From NCBI GenBank assembly GCA_012295275.1, contig CM022671.1, forward strand, positions 30,752,001-30,816,000: 64,000 nucleotides of DNA, in the 5' to 3' direction. Origin of the DNA: Chrysomallon squamiferum. Taxonomy: Eukaryota > Animalia > Mollusca. Under the pieces are notes generated by a model, which did not search any database, had not been told where the DNA came from, and saw only the letters and a list, made by a program, of their open reading frames with translations. The position numbers and the translations under genes were made by a program. Positions 33,210 through 46,918 of this stretch are shown in pieces. Each line of letters starts with the position of its first letter. Position 1 is the stretch's first letter.

Positions 33210-33602
33210 GTCTATCTATCTATTTGTCATTCTATCTGTCTGGTTGTCTGTCTATCTTTCTATCTATCTACTATTTATCCATCTGTATGTGTGCCTGTCT
33301 TTCTGTCTGTACATCTATCTCTTTCACTCCGTCTGTCTGTCAGTATGTCCATACATATCTGTCAGTTGCTTATATCTGTATCAGTATACCTGTATACAAT
33401 ACTTACCTATCTATCTTAATGTGATTATTCTCTACGATTGTTCTTGGTTTTGAAAGACTGTGAAAATGGCAAGTTAACAAATGTTATGTTTGTAACAGGA
33501 GAAAGATAATTATTGTAATGTGTTTCGGCTAATTAAAAAAAATATATTATTATTATTATTATTATTATTAAATGTTAGCTGTTGTTGTTTCTATTTTTGT
33601 TG

Positions 33603-33643
<41 letters not shown>

Positions 33644-33724
33644 TATTATTATTATTATTATCTTACAATCACTACTGTAAAAAAATCATAAATTATTATC
33701 AGTTGAAAACGTTACGTGTTTTTC

Positions 33725-33782
<58 letters not shown>

Positions 33783-33895
33783 TTAATGTTAATGTTAATT
33801 TATAAAAATAAAGTTAATAACTTTTAAATATTGTCATGTCGTTTACATAATTGTAATCTCTTGCGACGTAAAACGTCACAGTAATGGTGTTTGTT

Positions 33896-34113
33896 TATGG
33901 TTGGCCGTTCGGGTCATATTTCATGGCTAATAGAAACATTTGTTATAAACTTATATACTTCCTTATTTAATTACTGTGACATGCGTATTTAACATGGTCA
34001 TGCAGATGTGTTAAAATGTTACACGTGCATGCATGTGGTTGATTTTTAGACCAGAGAATCAAAATATTAAAATAAGCGCTTCGTCACAGTTATGACCCGA
34101 ACAGGCAACCGTA
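33896..34113. mobile_element. ~220-bp MITE with ~23-bp terminal inverted repeats
   Basis: Left end tatggttggccgttcgggtcata matches the reverse complement of the right end, tacggttgcctgttcgggtcata. TA lies at both ends (Tc1/mariner-like) and there is a weak internal palindrome. Confidence 0.6.
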
Positions 34114-34963
34114 TACACTTGTATAATGTTTGTATTTGCGTGTTTTATAATTTAATTCAGAGGTGAAAATAATAATAAAAGAGTTTTTATTTCTGTTGTT
34201 TTTGTGTATGAAATATTACAGCTTGACGGCGAATGAATTATTTGGTGGGATTTAAGCTGATTTATTTATTTATTTTTTATTTTTATTTTTTTATACACAT
34301 TCTATACATATATTTCATTATTTTCATACATACACACATACATACATATATATATTCTGTGTGTGTATTTATACACGTACATACTTTTACATAATATACA
34401 AACATACACACGGACAAAATACATAGATACATACACATATATGCACTTATGTGCATACATGCGTATATACATCTTCAACTAAACTCTGTACGACTGTTTA
34501 AAACAAAGTTAGGTGAACGTTATTTTGAAATAGTAGAATAATGTACAAAAACGCTCAGAAAAGTTCAGCACTGTATGAAGTTCACTTGACAGCGAATTTC
34601 AACAATGACACAAAATATTTATATTCTTTAATTTCGCCTCATAAATTGAACCAAAGTGTGGCGCTGTTATTAAATTACAGACTGGGTCGCGAGGTTGTTC
34701 TGATGTAGCTGATACCTAACTAACGTTCACTTAAAGGGCGTGGCACATCGGACGCTATCCTGTACATTATCCTGACGTTATCCTGTACAAAAATGAAATA
34801 GTTAACAAAAGATCCTGTATAACAGCAAATTTTTTATTTTTTTTTATTTTTTTTTATTCTCATAAACTTTTCAGCTGCTTTAAAAGTATGGTAACGTAAA
34901 ACGTGCAAAACGCGGCGAATTGTGAAAAACATTGGTAATTAACACGGAGACTATTTAAACGAA

Positions 34964-36232
34964 TTAAAGAGATGTCGTGAAGACGTTCGAGCTCTGTGTC
35001 TGATTCGTGACCGTTTTTCTTTTACAACACGAAAATCGCGAAACCAAAGCTTCGCGGAATCGTCTCCCAAAGAGGCAGTAGAAGTAAAAATTGATAGAAG
35101 AATTCGAAACGTAAATCAGCTCGCTAGCCAGACTGAAATATCTGCACATGTCGGGTTTGTTAGGGACTTGTTCTTTATCGACGTGGCACAGTTCTCTGTC
35201 AATCTGAAAAAACGTCAAGGAGACGCAGAATGAAAATACTATGGCCATCGTCATCGCCGTCACTCTGTCGGACATCCGAGAGTTGCCACCGGTCTTGCCG
35301 CTGCTGTTGCTGTTGCTGTTGCTGTTGTTCTCGAAGCACCTGCGTGACTTGTACAGTTTAACGATCACGCAGATATTTGGTGGTATCAGAAGTACAGGGG
35401 GCAAAAAAACGAGGAAAATGTTTCTAAGGTAATCGCTGTATATGTCGTAAAAGACTGTCGCCTGAGGCGAATGCGTCTGCTTCACTTCGACGAACTTCCA
35501 GCCGTTTGTGAGGGAATCCGTCTGGATGGTCTCGAGTCTGGAGACGAACATTCGTGGCATGTTAAAAATAACCGAAAACAAAAATATCGCGAGGCAGCAA
35601 ATTCTGGCTCGTCTGACTGTGCACCAGGAAATGGCGTGCAGTGGGAACACGACGACAATGAACCTCTCCGCTGTCAAAAGCGCAGTCGTGTACATGGCTC
35701 CAACATGGCCGATATGTTCAACGGGACGGATGATGACGTTAACGGGTACAGAGTAAATGTTTTTGATTTCTTGAAGCGTCCAATAATCTTCCATTATGTT
35801 TTTCACGGATATAAATAAAATGTAGCGAATGAGGATTAACGAATCAAAGAATGCCAGACAGATGAGAATCACGCTACTGGATGACGTCATTTTTGATGAC
35901 GTAAGAACAGTCACGGACACACAGTTTCCGATAAGACCTACCATGGCGATTATGGAGCCGACGATAACTTTGAGTACCCAGCTGTAAAGAGTATTAACTA
36001 ACGCAGGTTTGCCCCTTTCGTTCTTACCCGGTTGGATGTTGTCCGTGGTTTCTGTTATCGCGTCCATTGTTACGTCATCGACCCTCGAGGTGGTTGAGTG
36101 GTTCTCGAAAATGCCCAGCGATGAATTAGTATTACTTGTACTGGAGTTCCCTTCGACATCTTGGGCGTTTGTTATGTAAAATAATTCTATTGCGAAAAAC
36201 AGCAAAGCGGAATATTTAAATACTTTCAACAT
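34964..36232 (-). CDS. Class A GPCR, FMRFamide-receptor-like/Srw type (GPCR-1), 422 aa
   Basis: Signal peptide, N-glycosylated N-terminus and 7 TM segments with GN (TM1), LAFFD (TM2), ERF (TM3), NMPR (TM4), PP (TM5) and NSSINFYFYCLFGRRFR (TM7/H8). The CDS is in one exon, with a likely 5'UTR intron at 36301-36786. Confidence 0.93.
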   Translation of the reverse strand: MLKVFKYSALLFFAIELFYITNAQDVEGNSSTSNTNSSLGIFENHSTTSRVDDVTMDAITETTDNIQPGKNERGKPALVNTLYSWVLKVIVGSIIAMVGLIGNCVSVTVLTSSKMTSSSSVILICLAFFDSLILIRYILFISVKNIMEDYWTLQEIKNIYSVPVNVIIRPVEHIGHVGAMYTTALLTAERFIVVVFPLHAISWCTVRRARICCLAIFLFSVIFNMPRMFVSRLETIQTDSLTNGWKFVEVKQTHSPQATVFYDIYSDYLRNIFLVFLPPVLLIPPNICVIVKLYKSRRCFENNSNSNSNSSGKTGGNSRMSDRVTAMTMAIVFSFCVSLTFFQIDRELCHVDKEQVPNKPDMCRYFSLASELIYVSNSSINFYFYCLFGRRFREALVSRFSCCKRKTVTNQTQSSNVFTTSL

Positions 36233-36453
36233 GGCTTGTCTTGATAACGTGTCTGCTCAGCTTGGCGTCTGATTGAGTTGTGTTGATGATATGCTATTCC
36301 CTGAATAAAGAAATGTTAACAGAAATCAGTCATAAAAATGTATCTTACTTATTCTTATTTGTTGCCTCGTTCTGTCTGTTTTCAAATTTTATACTTTATA
36401 ATATACTGATTATTTCATCTCTCTCTCTGTCTCTGTCTCTGTCTCTGTCTCTG

Positions 36454-36566
<113 letters not shown>

Positions 36567-37141
36567 ATTTTATTGGCTTTATGCCTATACTACTCTTTTC
36601 TTTTTTCTTTCTATTATTTTTAATTCTAATGTATTTATTAATATATATATAAAGTAGTTAATCTTACAACCACTTACACGATTTTGCTCTTTTAAATAAG
36701 CCTATGATTCAGAAAATATTTCAAACTTAAAAAAAAAAAAACACAAAACATTTTCTAGATAATAACTAAATATATAGGTATACTCACGCTGTCCACTTGT
36801 ATGTTGTTGGTTTTTTCTGAAGAAATTCAAATACTTTCTGTGTATTCTTTGTGCTGACAGCTCAGCATATATTTGCACTGAAGTGTAATACTGTACACTG
36901 CCTGAATAATGCTCGTAAGACTAACTGCTTACTCATTTGCAAAGACGTTAGTGTCATTAAGTCCTTTTCACTATCGGTTCGTATTTATATTGTTAGTTGA
37001 CACAGGGGACGCTCAGACTAACTCTCTGCTTTCTCAGTTAGACTGCAAAGGTGAATACTTACCTAGGGGCGAATCTGGTCATCGTTCAAGGGTGGTTTCC
37101 ATCAAAAGAATTTTTTTAAATTAATTATTCTTTAACTTTTC

Positions 37142-37219
<78 letters not shown>

Positions 37220-37322
37220 GTAGTAGTAGTAGTAATGATTATTATTATTTTTTTTATTATTATTATTAAAGAGAAAAGATAATTATTATTATTATTAATG
37301 TTATTACTGTTGTTGTCATTGT

Positions 37323-37355
<33 letters not shown>

Positions 37356-37819
37356 TTTTAAGACATATGACGTTATTCTGACACCAAATATCATGAAGCA
37401 AACGAAACCCCCTTTTAAGAAAGAGATACCTCCCCTTAACACGCCCCTCTCCCACCCATCCACCCCCGACTTCTTCAGACGACTTAAAATTTCGATTTTA
37501 CACTTGAGTGACTGTGGATTCTTTTGTCGCAGATCTGCTCGTGCTAATCCGTTGTCGTCAGCACGTGGATGCGCTAATGATGTTTTACAGGACTGTTTAC
37601 ACGTGCGCACGGAAACCTCCTGCCGGGATAAAAGTTCTAATCACAAAACTTGTAATCGCCATTAGGGGAATTGCGATAGCGATCCGTTTTGTTAACTACA
37701 GTCGCACTCAGCGTTCAGAATCTCCAGCACAATTAAAACGTCGTGCTGGCTGCTGTTGCTGCTCATAAATTAGTTTTCCAGCGCAGAACAAGAAATCCAC
37801 ATCTGAACCCGTGGAGAAG

Positions 37820-37944
37820 CTGTTATTGTTATTATTATTGTTGTTGTTGTTGTTGTTGTTATTGTTATTGTTGTTGTTGTTATTATTATTATTGTTATTG
37901 TTATTATTATTACTATTGTTGTTGTCGTTATTATTATTATTATC

Positions 37945-37977
<33 letters not shown>

Positions 37978-38004
37978 GTACTGTTGTTGTTATTGTTATT
38001 GTTG

Positions 38005-38038
<34 letters not shown>

Positions 38039-38205
38039 CATCATTATTATTATTATTATTATTATTATTGTTATAGTTATTGTTATTACTATTGTTGTCG
38101 TTATTATTATTATTATTTCTGTATTGTTGTTGTTATTGTTATTATTATTTTGTTGCTATTGTTATTATTGTTACTGTTATTTCCATCATCATCATTATCA
38201 TCATC
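37820..38205. repeat. Compound (TTG/TTA/ATC)n microsatellite
   Basis: Read directly from the sequence. Confidence 0.9.
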
Positions 38206-38303
38206 AGCACCACCCAAGGGCGGATCTAGAGGGGGTACAATGTATCCGGACTCCACCTGAAATGTGAGAAGTGCTCCTTTTATTTAGGATTTTTTTTTTT
38301 TTT

Positions 38304-38338
<35 letters not shown>

Positions 38339-38872
38339 TTTTTTTACAAAATATAGATATTTTCTGTCAACGTACAGAACACTGTAGAATACGTCTGCCA
38401 GCGTCCCTGTTGTAGCACTGTTATATTATGATCCATGTGAACCGTGTGTAGTTTTTCAACTGAGCTTTTTCACAATGTGATGTTTTCACGGACCCACCAC
38501 TCACAATAAAAGATGGGAAAAAGTCGATAACTGAAGTTCGAGTCTCAGAGAATCGGCTCTGTTAAAATAAACAAACTCACCCCGAATTTCCTATCAGTGT
38601 TGTAAAAAAAGCAATTCATGTTGTTTTTTTCGATGCTGTTAACAACCAAAACAAAAATAAAGCACGTATGATTATTTCATTAAATTCTGATTTATATATC
38701 GGACGAAATGATAACTTATTCATTGTCTAATAATGTAAAAACCATGAAAAAAACCATGAATAATAATAATAATATTTATTTTTGATTTTTGAAAATTCGT
38801 ATGCACAAAGATTATCTCCACCTCTCTATTCCTTTCTCTTTCTCTTTCTCTCTCTTCTTCTCTCACTCTCTT

Positions 38873-38970
<98 letters not shown>

Positions 38971-39836
38971 GTCTCTCTGTCAGTCTGTTTATCACGATCT
39001 CTCTTCCTTTCTCCCTCTTTATCTCTCTCTTTCTCTTCACTTTGTCTCTCTACAACTTTAATTTTTTTAAACTACCTCTCAGTCGCCTTCTCCTCTGTAT
39101 CTGTCTGTGTCTCTTTGTATGGGGTATATTGTAAGTAAAAAACAACAACATATCAGACTAATAACAGCAGCAAATTGGAAATTCACTAGTTAAAAACACG
39201 AATATGTTAACACCGCAAGCCTATTACGATCCTAGCTGGTTGACAAGAACGACAAAAGAAGTAAGAAATGAAAGGCCAGAGAAGTGGTCTGTGTGGTTCA
39301 CCTCATAAAAACACACAAATAAAACGTATGTGAACTTTTATTTGTAAATACCTGGAGAGTGGAAAATTAATTTTAGTTTATTTTGTTGTAAACCTGTTTT
39401 GGGGGTTGTTTTTTTACGTTTCACTTCAAAAAAGAAGAAGAAGAAAAGGAAGAATCAAATAAAAAAAAAAGAAAAAAAAAAAGGAAAATAAAAATAGAGG
39501 AATGCAGAACAAAACGCTCCTTTTTGCTTTAAAAGAAAAATACTATTTTAATATCGTGAATAAATAAATACGTACGTATGTAAGTAAGTAAACAAAAATA
39601 ATCATACAAACAAACAAACAAAACAATAAAATGGAAAGACAATTCAGTTTAATTATTGAAAACTTTTAAACGAATTAAACCTTTATAATTTTCTAATTGA
39701 TTTTGAAAAAGTATAATGAAACAGTAAAACTGCAACTTTGGTATATTTTTTTTATATATCCGTATATTTATGTAATGATATATATGTAATTTATATGTGG
39801 ATATATTATAAACATCAATATGTCTTTGTATGTATG

Positions 39837-39867
<31 letters not shown>

Positions 39868-40183
39868 GTGTATGTATATGTGTGTATATATATATATATA
39901 ATTTATATGTGGATATATTATATACATTGTGACTATATAAGTACATGTATGAGTTTACGTGTGTCTGTGTATGTGTCTATGGATATACTTATATGCCCTT
40001 TCTGTATCCCGTCGTTGTACTTAAGAAGATATATATTTATTTATGTACATATGTATATGGATGCTTATTATTATTATTAAATAATACAATAGTAATGATG
40101 ATGATGATAGCAATAAATAAACAAATAACTACCAAATTAAAATAAAATAAAATTTATAATAATAATAATAATCATAATAATAA

Positions 40184-40214
<31 letters not shown>

Positions 40215-40351
40215 AAGAAGAAGAAGAAGCAGAAGAAGCAGAAGAAGAAAAATGAAATACAAATACAAAGGAAAAGAAAACAATAATACCAAAACTTACA
40301 ATGCTATTTAAACAAATTCTAGCGGATGAAATATTGAACAACTAATTTATA

Positions 40352-41677
40352 TTACAAACAAGTGCTGTCTAGTTTCGTAGACGAGTTCACAGTTTTATTG
40401 CTTGCAGATGACATTTCGCACACGTTACCTCTGAAATTTTCTTTCAGCTTTCTGAACACACTGGGAAAACCAGAAAATAAAACCTTCCGAAATTTGGTCC
40501 CAAATAAACAGTAATAACAGAAGTTCACCGCAGAATTAAAAGTGTACAGGAAGTTAGCAGTGAGATTTAAACTCCGGCAGTAAGCTGGCAAATCGGTGAC
40601 GGACTTACCGACACGAATGATACACAACCGCCTGTTGACGTGAAGAATGATCAGACTGATGCAGAACGTCAAAATGATCGCCAAGGTCATGGCCGTCACT
40701 CTGTCAGTGACTGAAGAAAGTCGGCCGTTGATGGCGGAACCCGAGTTCTTGAACTGTCGAGACCTCCTGAAGAGTTTGTACAGGATACAGGAATTAAGAA
40801 CAACGAGGATCAGAGAGGGAAGCACCAGAAGGAAGATCAGCTCCAAATACTTCGCGTACACGTTTCGCATGAACGACCTCAGTTGAGCCGATTTGAACGT
40901 GACAAAGACAAACCCGGTTAGGTTGGTGACGGGATTTCGCTGCAAGTGAATCGTGCCGCCGAGGAATTTGGGGACGTTGTACACGACGGACAGCAGCAGG
41001 ACGACGAAGCCGCCGACTCGCGCGTGCTTCACCGTGCAGACGGCCACGGCTCTGAGGGGAAAGAAGACGACGACGAACCGCTCGCACGTCAGCAGCAGCG
41101 TCGTGTACTCCGATCCGAAGTGGCCGATGTGCTCAAACGGACGGAAGATGACGTTGACGGGGATGGTGTAGATCTCCGTCAGCCTCGACTTGGACATCAT
41201 TCTGCCCAGGACGTCGCGCAGACCGATGAGCAGGATGTGTCTGAAGAGAATCAGCGTGTCGAAGAAAGCCAGGAAGATGAGGATGACGCTGTTTGAAGAC
41301 TTCATTTTGGGCGACGCCAGCACGCAGACTGAGACGCCGTTGCCGAAGATTCCAAACACGGCGACGGTGGAGGTAACTACTACATTAATCACCCACGTCA
41401 GACTCACTGCTTTGTCTTCACTCGCCGCGTCCTGCTGGCAGTCCGTCTCGTTGTGAACGGTGTCGTTGAGACACTCTGTAACATTTGTTCTGTTCGTGGT
41501 TGTTTCGAGTGTCGCGACTGTTTCCGACAAAGCAACGTACGGAGTCTGCGTCACGTCCGTCAGACTCGTGACTGGTGCTGACGTGGTGTTTGTTTCAGAC
41601 AGCGACTGAAGGCTTGAAACACGTAGCAAACTTGTAAACACAGTTAAACAGATCAGCAGTCTTTGTCCTGGTGCCAT
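40352..41677 (-). CDS. Class A GPCR, same family (GPCR-2), 441 aa
   Basis: First ATG (MAPGQRLLICL, signal peptide) is at 41677, after an acceptor at 41722-41723. Motifs: GN, LAFFD, CERF, YNVPKF, NSAVNFCYYCLFGTKFR. Confidence 0.93.
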   Translation of the reverse strand: MAPGQRLLICLTVFTSLLRVSSLQSLSETNTTSAPVTSLTDVTQTPYVALSETVATLETTTNRTNVTECLNDTVHNETDCQQDAASEDKAVSLTWVINVVVTSTVAVFGIFGNGVSVCVLASPKMKSSNSVILIFLAFFDTLILFRHILLIGLRDVLGRMMSKSRLTEIYTIPVNVIFRPFEHIGHFGSEYTTLLLTCERFVVVFFPLRAVAVCTVKHARVGGFVVLLLSVVYNVPKFLGGTIHLQRNPVTNLTGFVFVTFKSAQLRSFMRNVYAKYLELIFLLVLPSLILVVLNSCILYKLFRRSRQFKNSGSAINGRLSSVTDRVTAMTLAIILTFCISLIILHVNRRLCIIRVGKSVTDLPAYCRSLNLTANFLYTFNSAVNFCYYCLFGTKFRKVLFSGFPSVFRKLKENFRGNVCEMSSASNKTVNSSTKLDSTCL

Positions 41678-42367
41678 TTGACTCGACAACTCTTACCTTG
41701 TTTCTCTTTGGCCTTTCAAAGCTGCAAAATAAAAAAGAAATAAAAAAAAAAGAGAGACATCACTATAAATTCAGCACACTCTACATATACATATATTCAC
41801 TATGAACTTACCCGTTGAATATTCATATATACATCCGTTACACAAATTAATATAAACTGAAGTGATGGATTAAAGAAATTAAGATACAGAGAGACATCAC
41901 TATAAATTCAGTACACTCTAATTACATTGGTAATATATCAATATAAATACATATACATATGTTTACAATGAACTTACCCGTTGAATATTCATATATACAT
42001 CCGTTACACCATAAACAAACACAAGTTCAAACCATGCTCACTGTAAACGAAATACCAGGTTCAGATATGAACGTCATTTACATAAACACAAGCCAATGTG
42101 GAGAAGCCTATGCTTTGGAATCAATTAAGCACGACCTTTTTGATGTACCAGAAATGACTAATAAAATGTTATTGCTCAGTGAAAATGATAGAAAAATAAA
42201 CGAATGCTATAAAAGAAGTAAGTCTAAGGTTAATTGGAACATCGATAACGATGAGTACATTGAACAATGATGATCTTAATTACACAGTTTTAACTGCAGA
42301 ATACTACGAGAAAGCAATTAAAAGAGAGGAAATATTAATTATTTTCTAACAATCTATCACTCTCTTG

Positions 42368-42496
<129 letters not shown>

Positions 42497-43598
42497 TTTG
42501 CGTATAATTGTCACAATATTAAATTTCACACAAATCCCAATTTCTTATTCGTAGACACCTGCTGAGAATACCCTACCTGTACCAAGTGATTAGTTTATCT
42601 ATTTCTGAGTTCTACAATTCTTCAGAGCCATGGGAATACATGCAAAAATAGCTTCACCCATTGACCAGAGCCCGGAATACTTATTAACAATAGACAAATT
42701 ACTCCAGAAATCTCAAACCTAAATTGCCCCCTTGACGGTTTTCAGCCTTCTGCAATGTTTGATTGATCTCTGTCAATCGATATCGACGTATTCTGAAATC
42801 CAGAGTTATAATATTTTGTGTTTCAGATTTATTTCGTTTATATTGATATTAATTAAAGATGTTAGATAGATCGACGATACTATATCGGAAACAGGAGAAG
42901 CCATGGAAATTAAATTTTCTTTTATTTATTTATTTATTTATTTTTTTTTTTTTTTTATTGTACATATAGACAAATTGAAATAATTTTCATACACTATTGA
43001 TTAACGCACTGCATTGTTTAGGAATATTTTTCTTCTGTCCCGGAGGATTTTGGAAAAGAAGTAATTAGCTTCTAAACGAATATTTGCAAAACGTTTGGCA
43101 GGATATTGGGCTCTTTCGTAACAAAACCCGTTCATGTTATTTACGAAAGCTTCACTTATGAAAGAAATAAAAACCTAGGGAAGTTGGATTTTTAAAAGTA
43201 CGTTTAATATCAAAGTCAGACACGAATATAAATATCAGTGAACACTAACAGTCACGTACAGATAATTATTTTTAAAAAATAAAAGAAAAAAAAAGTAACC
43301 CAAGAAATTCTTTAATATTTCAGTCAATAAATTTCTATTTCTATATTTATATTTTTACTGCTATCCAAACAAAATACTGAAACCAATATTTTGACTGCGT
43401 ACTTCACATTATTATTTGTTCTGTATCTCATTTAACGTCTGTTTGGAAACTTACAAAATGATGCAAAAATAACACAGAAAAACACTGAAGTTATTGTACG
43501 ACGACATACAGTCCTGGTTGTAGTGGTTGCAGTGGTTGTAGTTGCTCTAGTGGCTGTAGTAGCAGCAGCACCACTAATGGACGTTAACCACGAACACC

Positions 43599-43910
43599 CA
43601 GGTTGAGGATCCCTTGTCCGAAGTGTTTGGGGCCGGAGATGATTTCGGAATTTTCGGATTTTGGAATATAAAGAAATAGCCTTAAAATACGACGAAAGTC
43701 TAAATACGAAACTCACTGGTATTTCGTATATTGCTTGACTAGGCGACGGTCTACATGTATTTTACACACACAAAAGAAAAAAATTGTTGTTGAAATAAAT
43801 TGTGTGAACTTTATCGGAAAACTATAATATATATATATATATATAACAGTCCCGGAAGCTCAAAAAAAAAAAAAAAAAAAAAAATTTCGGAATTTCGGAC
43901 TGAAGTATCA
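43599..43910. mobile_element. Decayed pogo/Tigger-like (Tigger4/Zombi-type) non-autonomous DNA transposon
   Basis: The left end caggttgaggatcccttgtccgaagtgtttggggccggagatgatttcggaattttcggattttggaatat resembles the Tigger4/MER46 terminus as I recall it (not searched). Subterminal TTTCGGA repeats recur at ~43885-43898, and the right TIR is degenerate. Confidence 0.45.
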
Positions 43911-45776
43911 TATATTTCCATTATTATTAATTTCTTGTAATTTTCTTCTGCCTTAAAAAAAAAAAAAAAAAAAAAAATAAAAATAAAAATAAAAATAAAT
44001 TCAATTGTAATCAGTTGTTTTTTTCTCTTATAAATTTACGAGTTTTTAATTTCATGAAGTTCACGTATACTTATCGCCGAGTTTTTCAAATTTCTTTACG
44101 CTGTTCCAACATCCATAATAACAGTTATGTCTTTTACTGCGACTTCATTTTTTCCATGTTCATTGGTACGATTATCTGCCTTTGCATTATTAATCATGTA
44201 TCACAGCATACATTACTTCCTTGTCCGAAGCTGCTGCCTTTATTTGTGTTCAGTAATGAAATTTGTTGCAAGCAACGAACGCTCCCCAATAAGCAGTATT
44301 CTCTCGTTTCAGTGTATCGCTGCAGTCCCTCGGACAGTTAATCAAAGTGGACAATACACGAGAGTAAAGTTGTGGCACGTTTTGGCCACTCTGTATTCAG
44401 TGGACAATCGGACAGTTCGATACACGATTTCGCGGTGAACAATTTGTGAAAATTTCAAAGAAAGCAATGACATGCAAATTACTGTTGTTGTTACGGTTAC
44501 AATCAGAATGCTTCGACGAATGGAACAAAAATTACTTTCATAAACCCAATCCGGTAGCAAATAATAATGATAATGATGATTATGATGATGAAAGCAGCAA
44601 CAGCTACAGCTACAGCAATAGCAACAACAACAACAACAGCAATAACAACAATAATGATAATAATAGTGGGGTGGCAGTAGTGATAATTTTATACTTACAG
44701 CAGTAGTATTAGTTGTGTTATAACAGTTAGAGTAGTACTGGTAAAAACAGCAACAACAATAATGATATAAAATATATATTATTAATTTATAAAATATGTT
44801 TAAAAAAAAAAAAAAAAAAAAAGAAAAGACTTTTTATTTTACCATTGCTGTCTTGGAATATCTGTCAATGGGCATTTGTTGGTTTGCTGTTTGATAATTA
44901 TAATAAACACATTTAAAAAAACATTAATAGCGTTATGTTAAAATTATTAATAATGTCATACTTTATTTGACACATTAAAAACGCTAATAACATCATCCGA
45001 CACATTTAAAAACATTATTATAATGCTACAATTTTATTAACATGATTGTTTTCATAACCAAAAATACTTCTATAAAATACAGATATTCTTTTTTTTTTTC
45101 CTTATCTGAAAATATGATCATATAAACTGATTCACGAGAAGGAAAAAAATGCTACTTATGAATGTTTATTTTAAATAGTTGTTATATGTCATCTTGTTTA
45201 TGTTCTAGTTATTACCATTGTTAGAAAGACATTGATAAAACTACACTAAAATTATTTTTTTTTATTATTTATTTAAAAAATTTACATACGTCTTTAAAAA
45301 AATACCACTTTAAATGAAAAAAAAAAAATATATATATATATATTTTTTTTATAAAGATTTATGCTCTCTAATACACTTAAACATTTCCGTGACTCATCTA
45401 AATAAAATAAATTTTAAATACAATAAACAAACACTTAATAAAATGAAATTATTTAGAAATGGATATTACATGGTTAGACACGTTATATATATATATATAT
45501 ATATATTAATTATTTATACATACATACACGATTTCATAAAAGCAATACAATTTAGCCAGCTGTAGTGATGTTATTTATATTGTTTCTAATAAAATGAAGT
45601 GATATTGATACCAATCTAAACAAGCAACTGCTGTCTTTATTCCAGTTCAGCAGCAGATGTAGATTTTATTTATTGTTTTCCTTTGAAAGTTATTGCTTTA
45701 TTGCAATTGTTAAGCTTTTGTTATCAACATAAATTCATTATGGAATGATCAGCACGGATTTTCGTATAAAAATTAA

Positions 45777-45830
<54 letters not shown>

Positions 45831-46415
45831 GGCTCTCTCTCTCTGTGTGTGTATGCGTGCGCGTACGTGTAATTATGCATGCTAGATTTCACACTAGCTG
45901 GATAAATCATTTATCTATTACAAGCATGTTTATTTTTTAAATTTTCCACTGAACACTAATAATAACAGTTACACTGCACAGTCAGTACTTACGAATAAAA
46001 ATATGCCACAAATGAATACAAGTTAGTAAGAAATAAATACAGTTTATTAATTTAAAAAAACAAAAATATCAATAATTCATTAAGAAATATATATATGAAC
46101 ACTTTATTAGTAAATAAATACTTGCAATTTTTGAAATTTAAAAAAACGAGAGAAATACCTGCCATTTTTATAGATAGTCCTGTAAAGTTAAGAAATAAAG
46201 TCTTCGGTCGGCCATCGCCTTGACCTGAGGACGAATTGTAAACAAGCGCGTGCCCTTTCCGCTTGACCTGTTTGCTGGGGACAGAATCAGTTTTTCATAC
46301 AGTTACCGTAACGTAGAAAAATAAGCAGGAGATATTGGTTGTGTAGAAGGTTTTATATTCATCGTAGTAATAGAAGCAGTATTAGTCGTAGTACTAATAA
46401 CAGCAGTTGTATTAC

Positions 46416-46490
<75 letters not shown>

Positions 46491-46918
46491 AATAAGAAAC
46501 AACAACAAAAGTAAATAAATACAAATAAAAATAAATAAAATATACAAAGAATATTTATAAAAAAAAATTAAGATAAACAATACGAAAAAAGATTTAAAAA
46601 ATAATAATACTAATACTAGTAATAGTAGTAATAGTAGCGGTACATATAATAGTAGAAAGGGTTGTAGTAAAAGTAGAAGCAGTAATATTCAAGAGTAGTA
46701 GTAGTAGTAATAATAATAACAGTGGTTGTAATAAGTACTATAAGTAGTATAAAGTAACAGTATTAGTAGTAGTTATTATTATTAGTAGTAGTAGTTGTAG
46801 TAATTGTTTTTATCTGATATATGTCTGCATGCATTCATGTATATGTTCAAACAGTTATCAGCAAAACTACAATCTGGTAACACTGCTATACAAAACTTCT
46901 GTTCCTTTCTTCTTCCTG

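Noticed and set aside
38217-38280. AGGGCGGATCTAG, resembling a PIF/Harbinger-type MITE end
   Set aside because: No matching opposite terminus was found.
41959-42270. 103-aa plus-strand ORF
   Set aside because: It has no recognisable motif, starts at a non-ATG codon inside a local duplication, and lies antisense to the GPCR-2 5' region.
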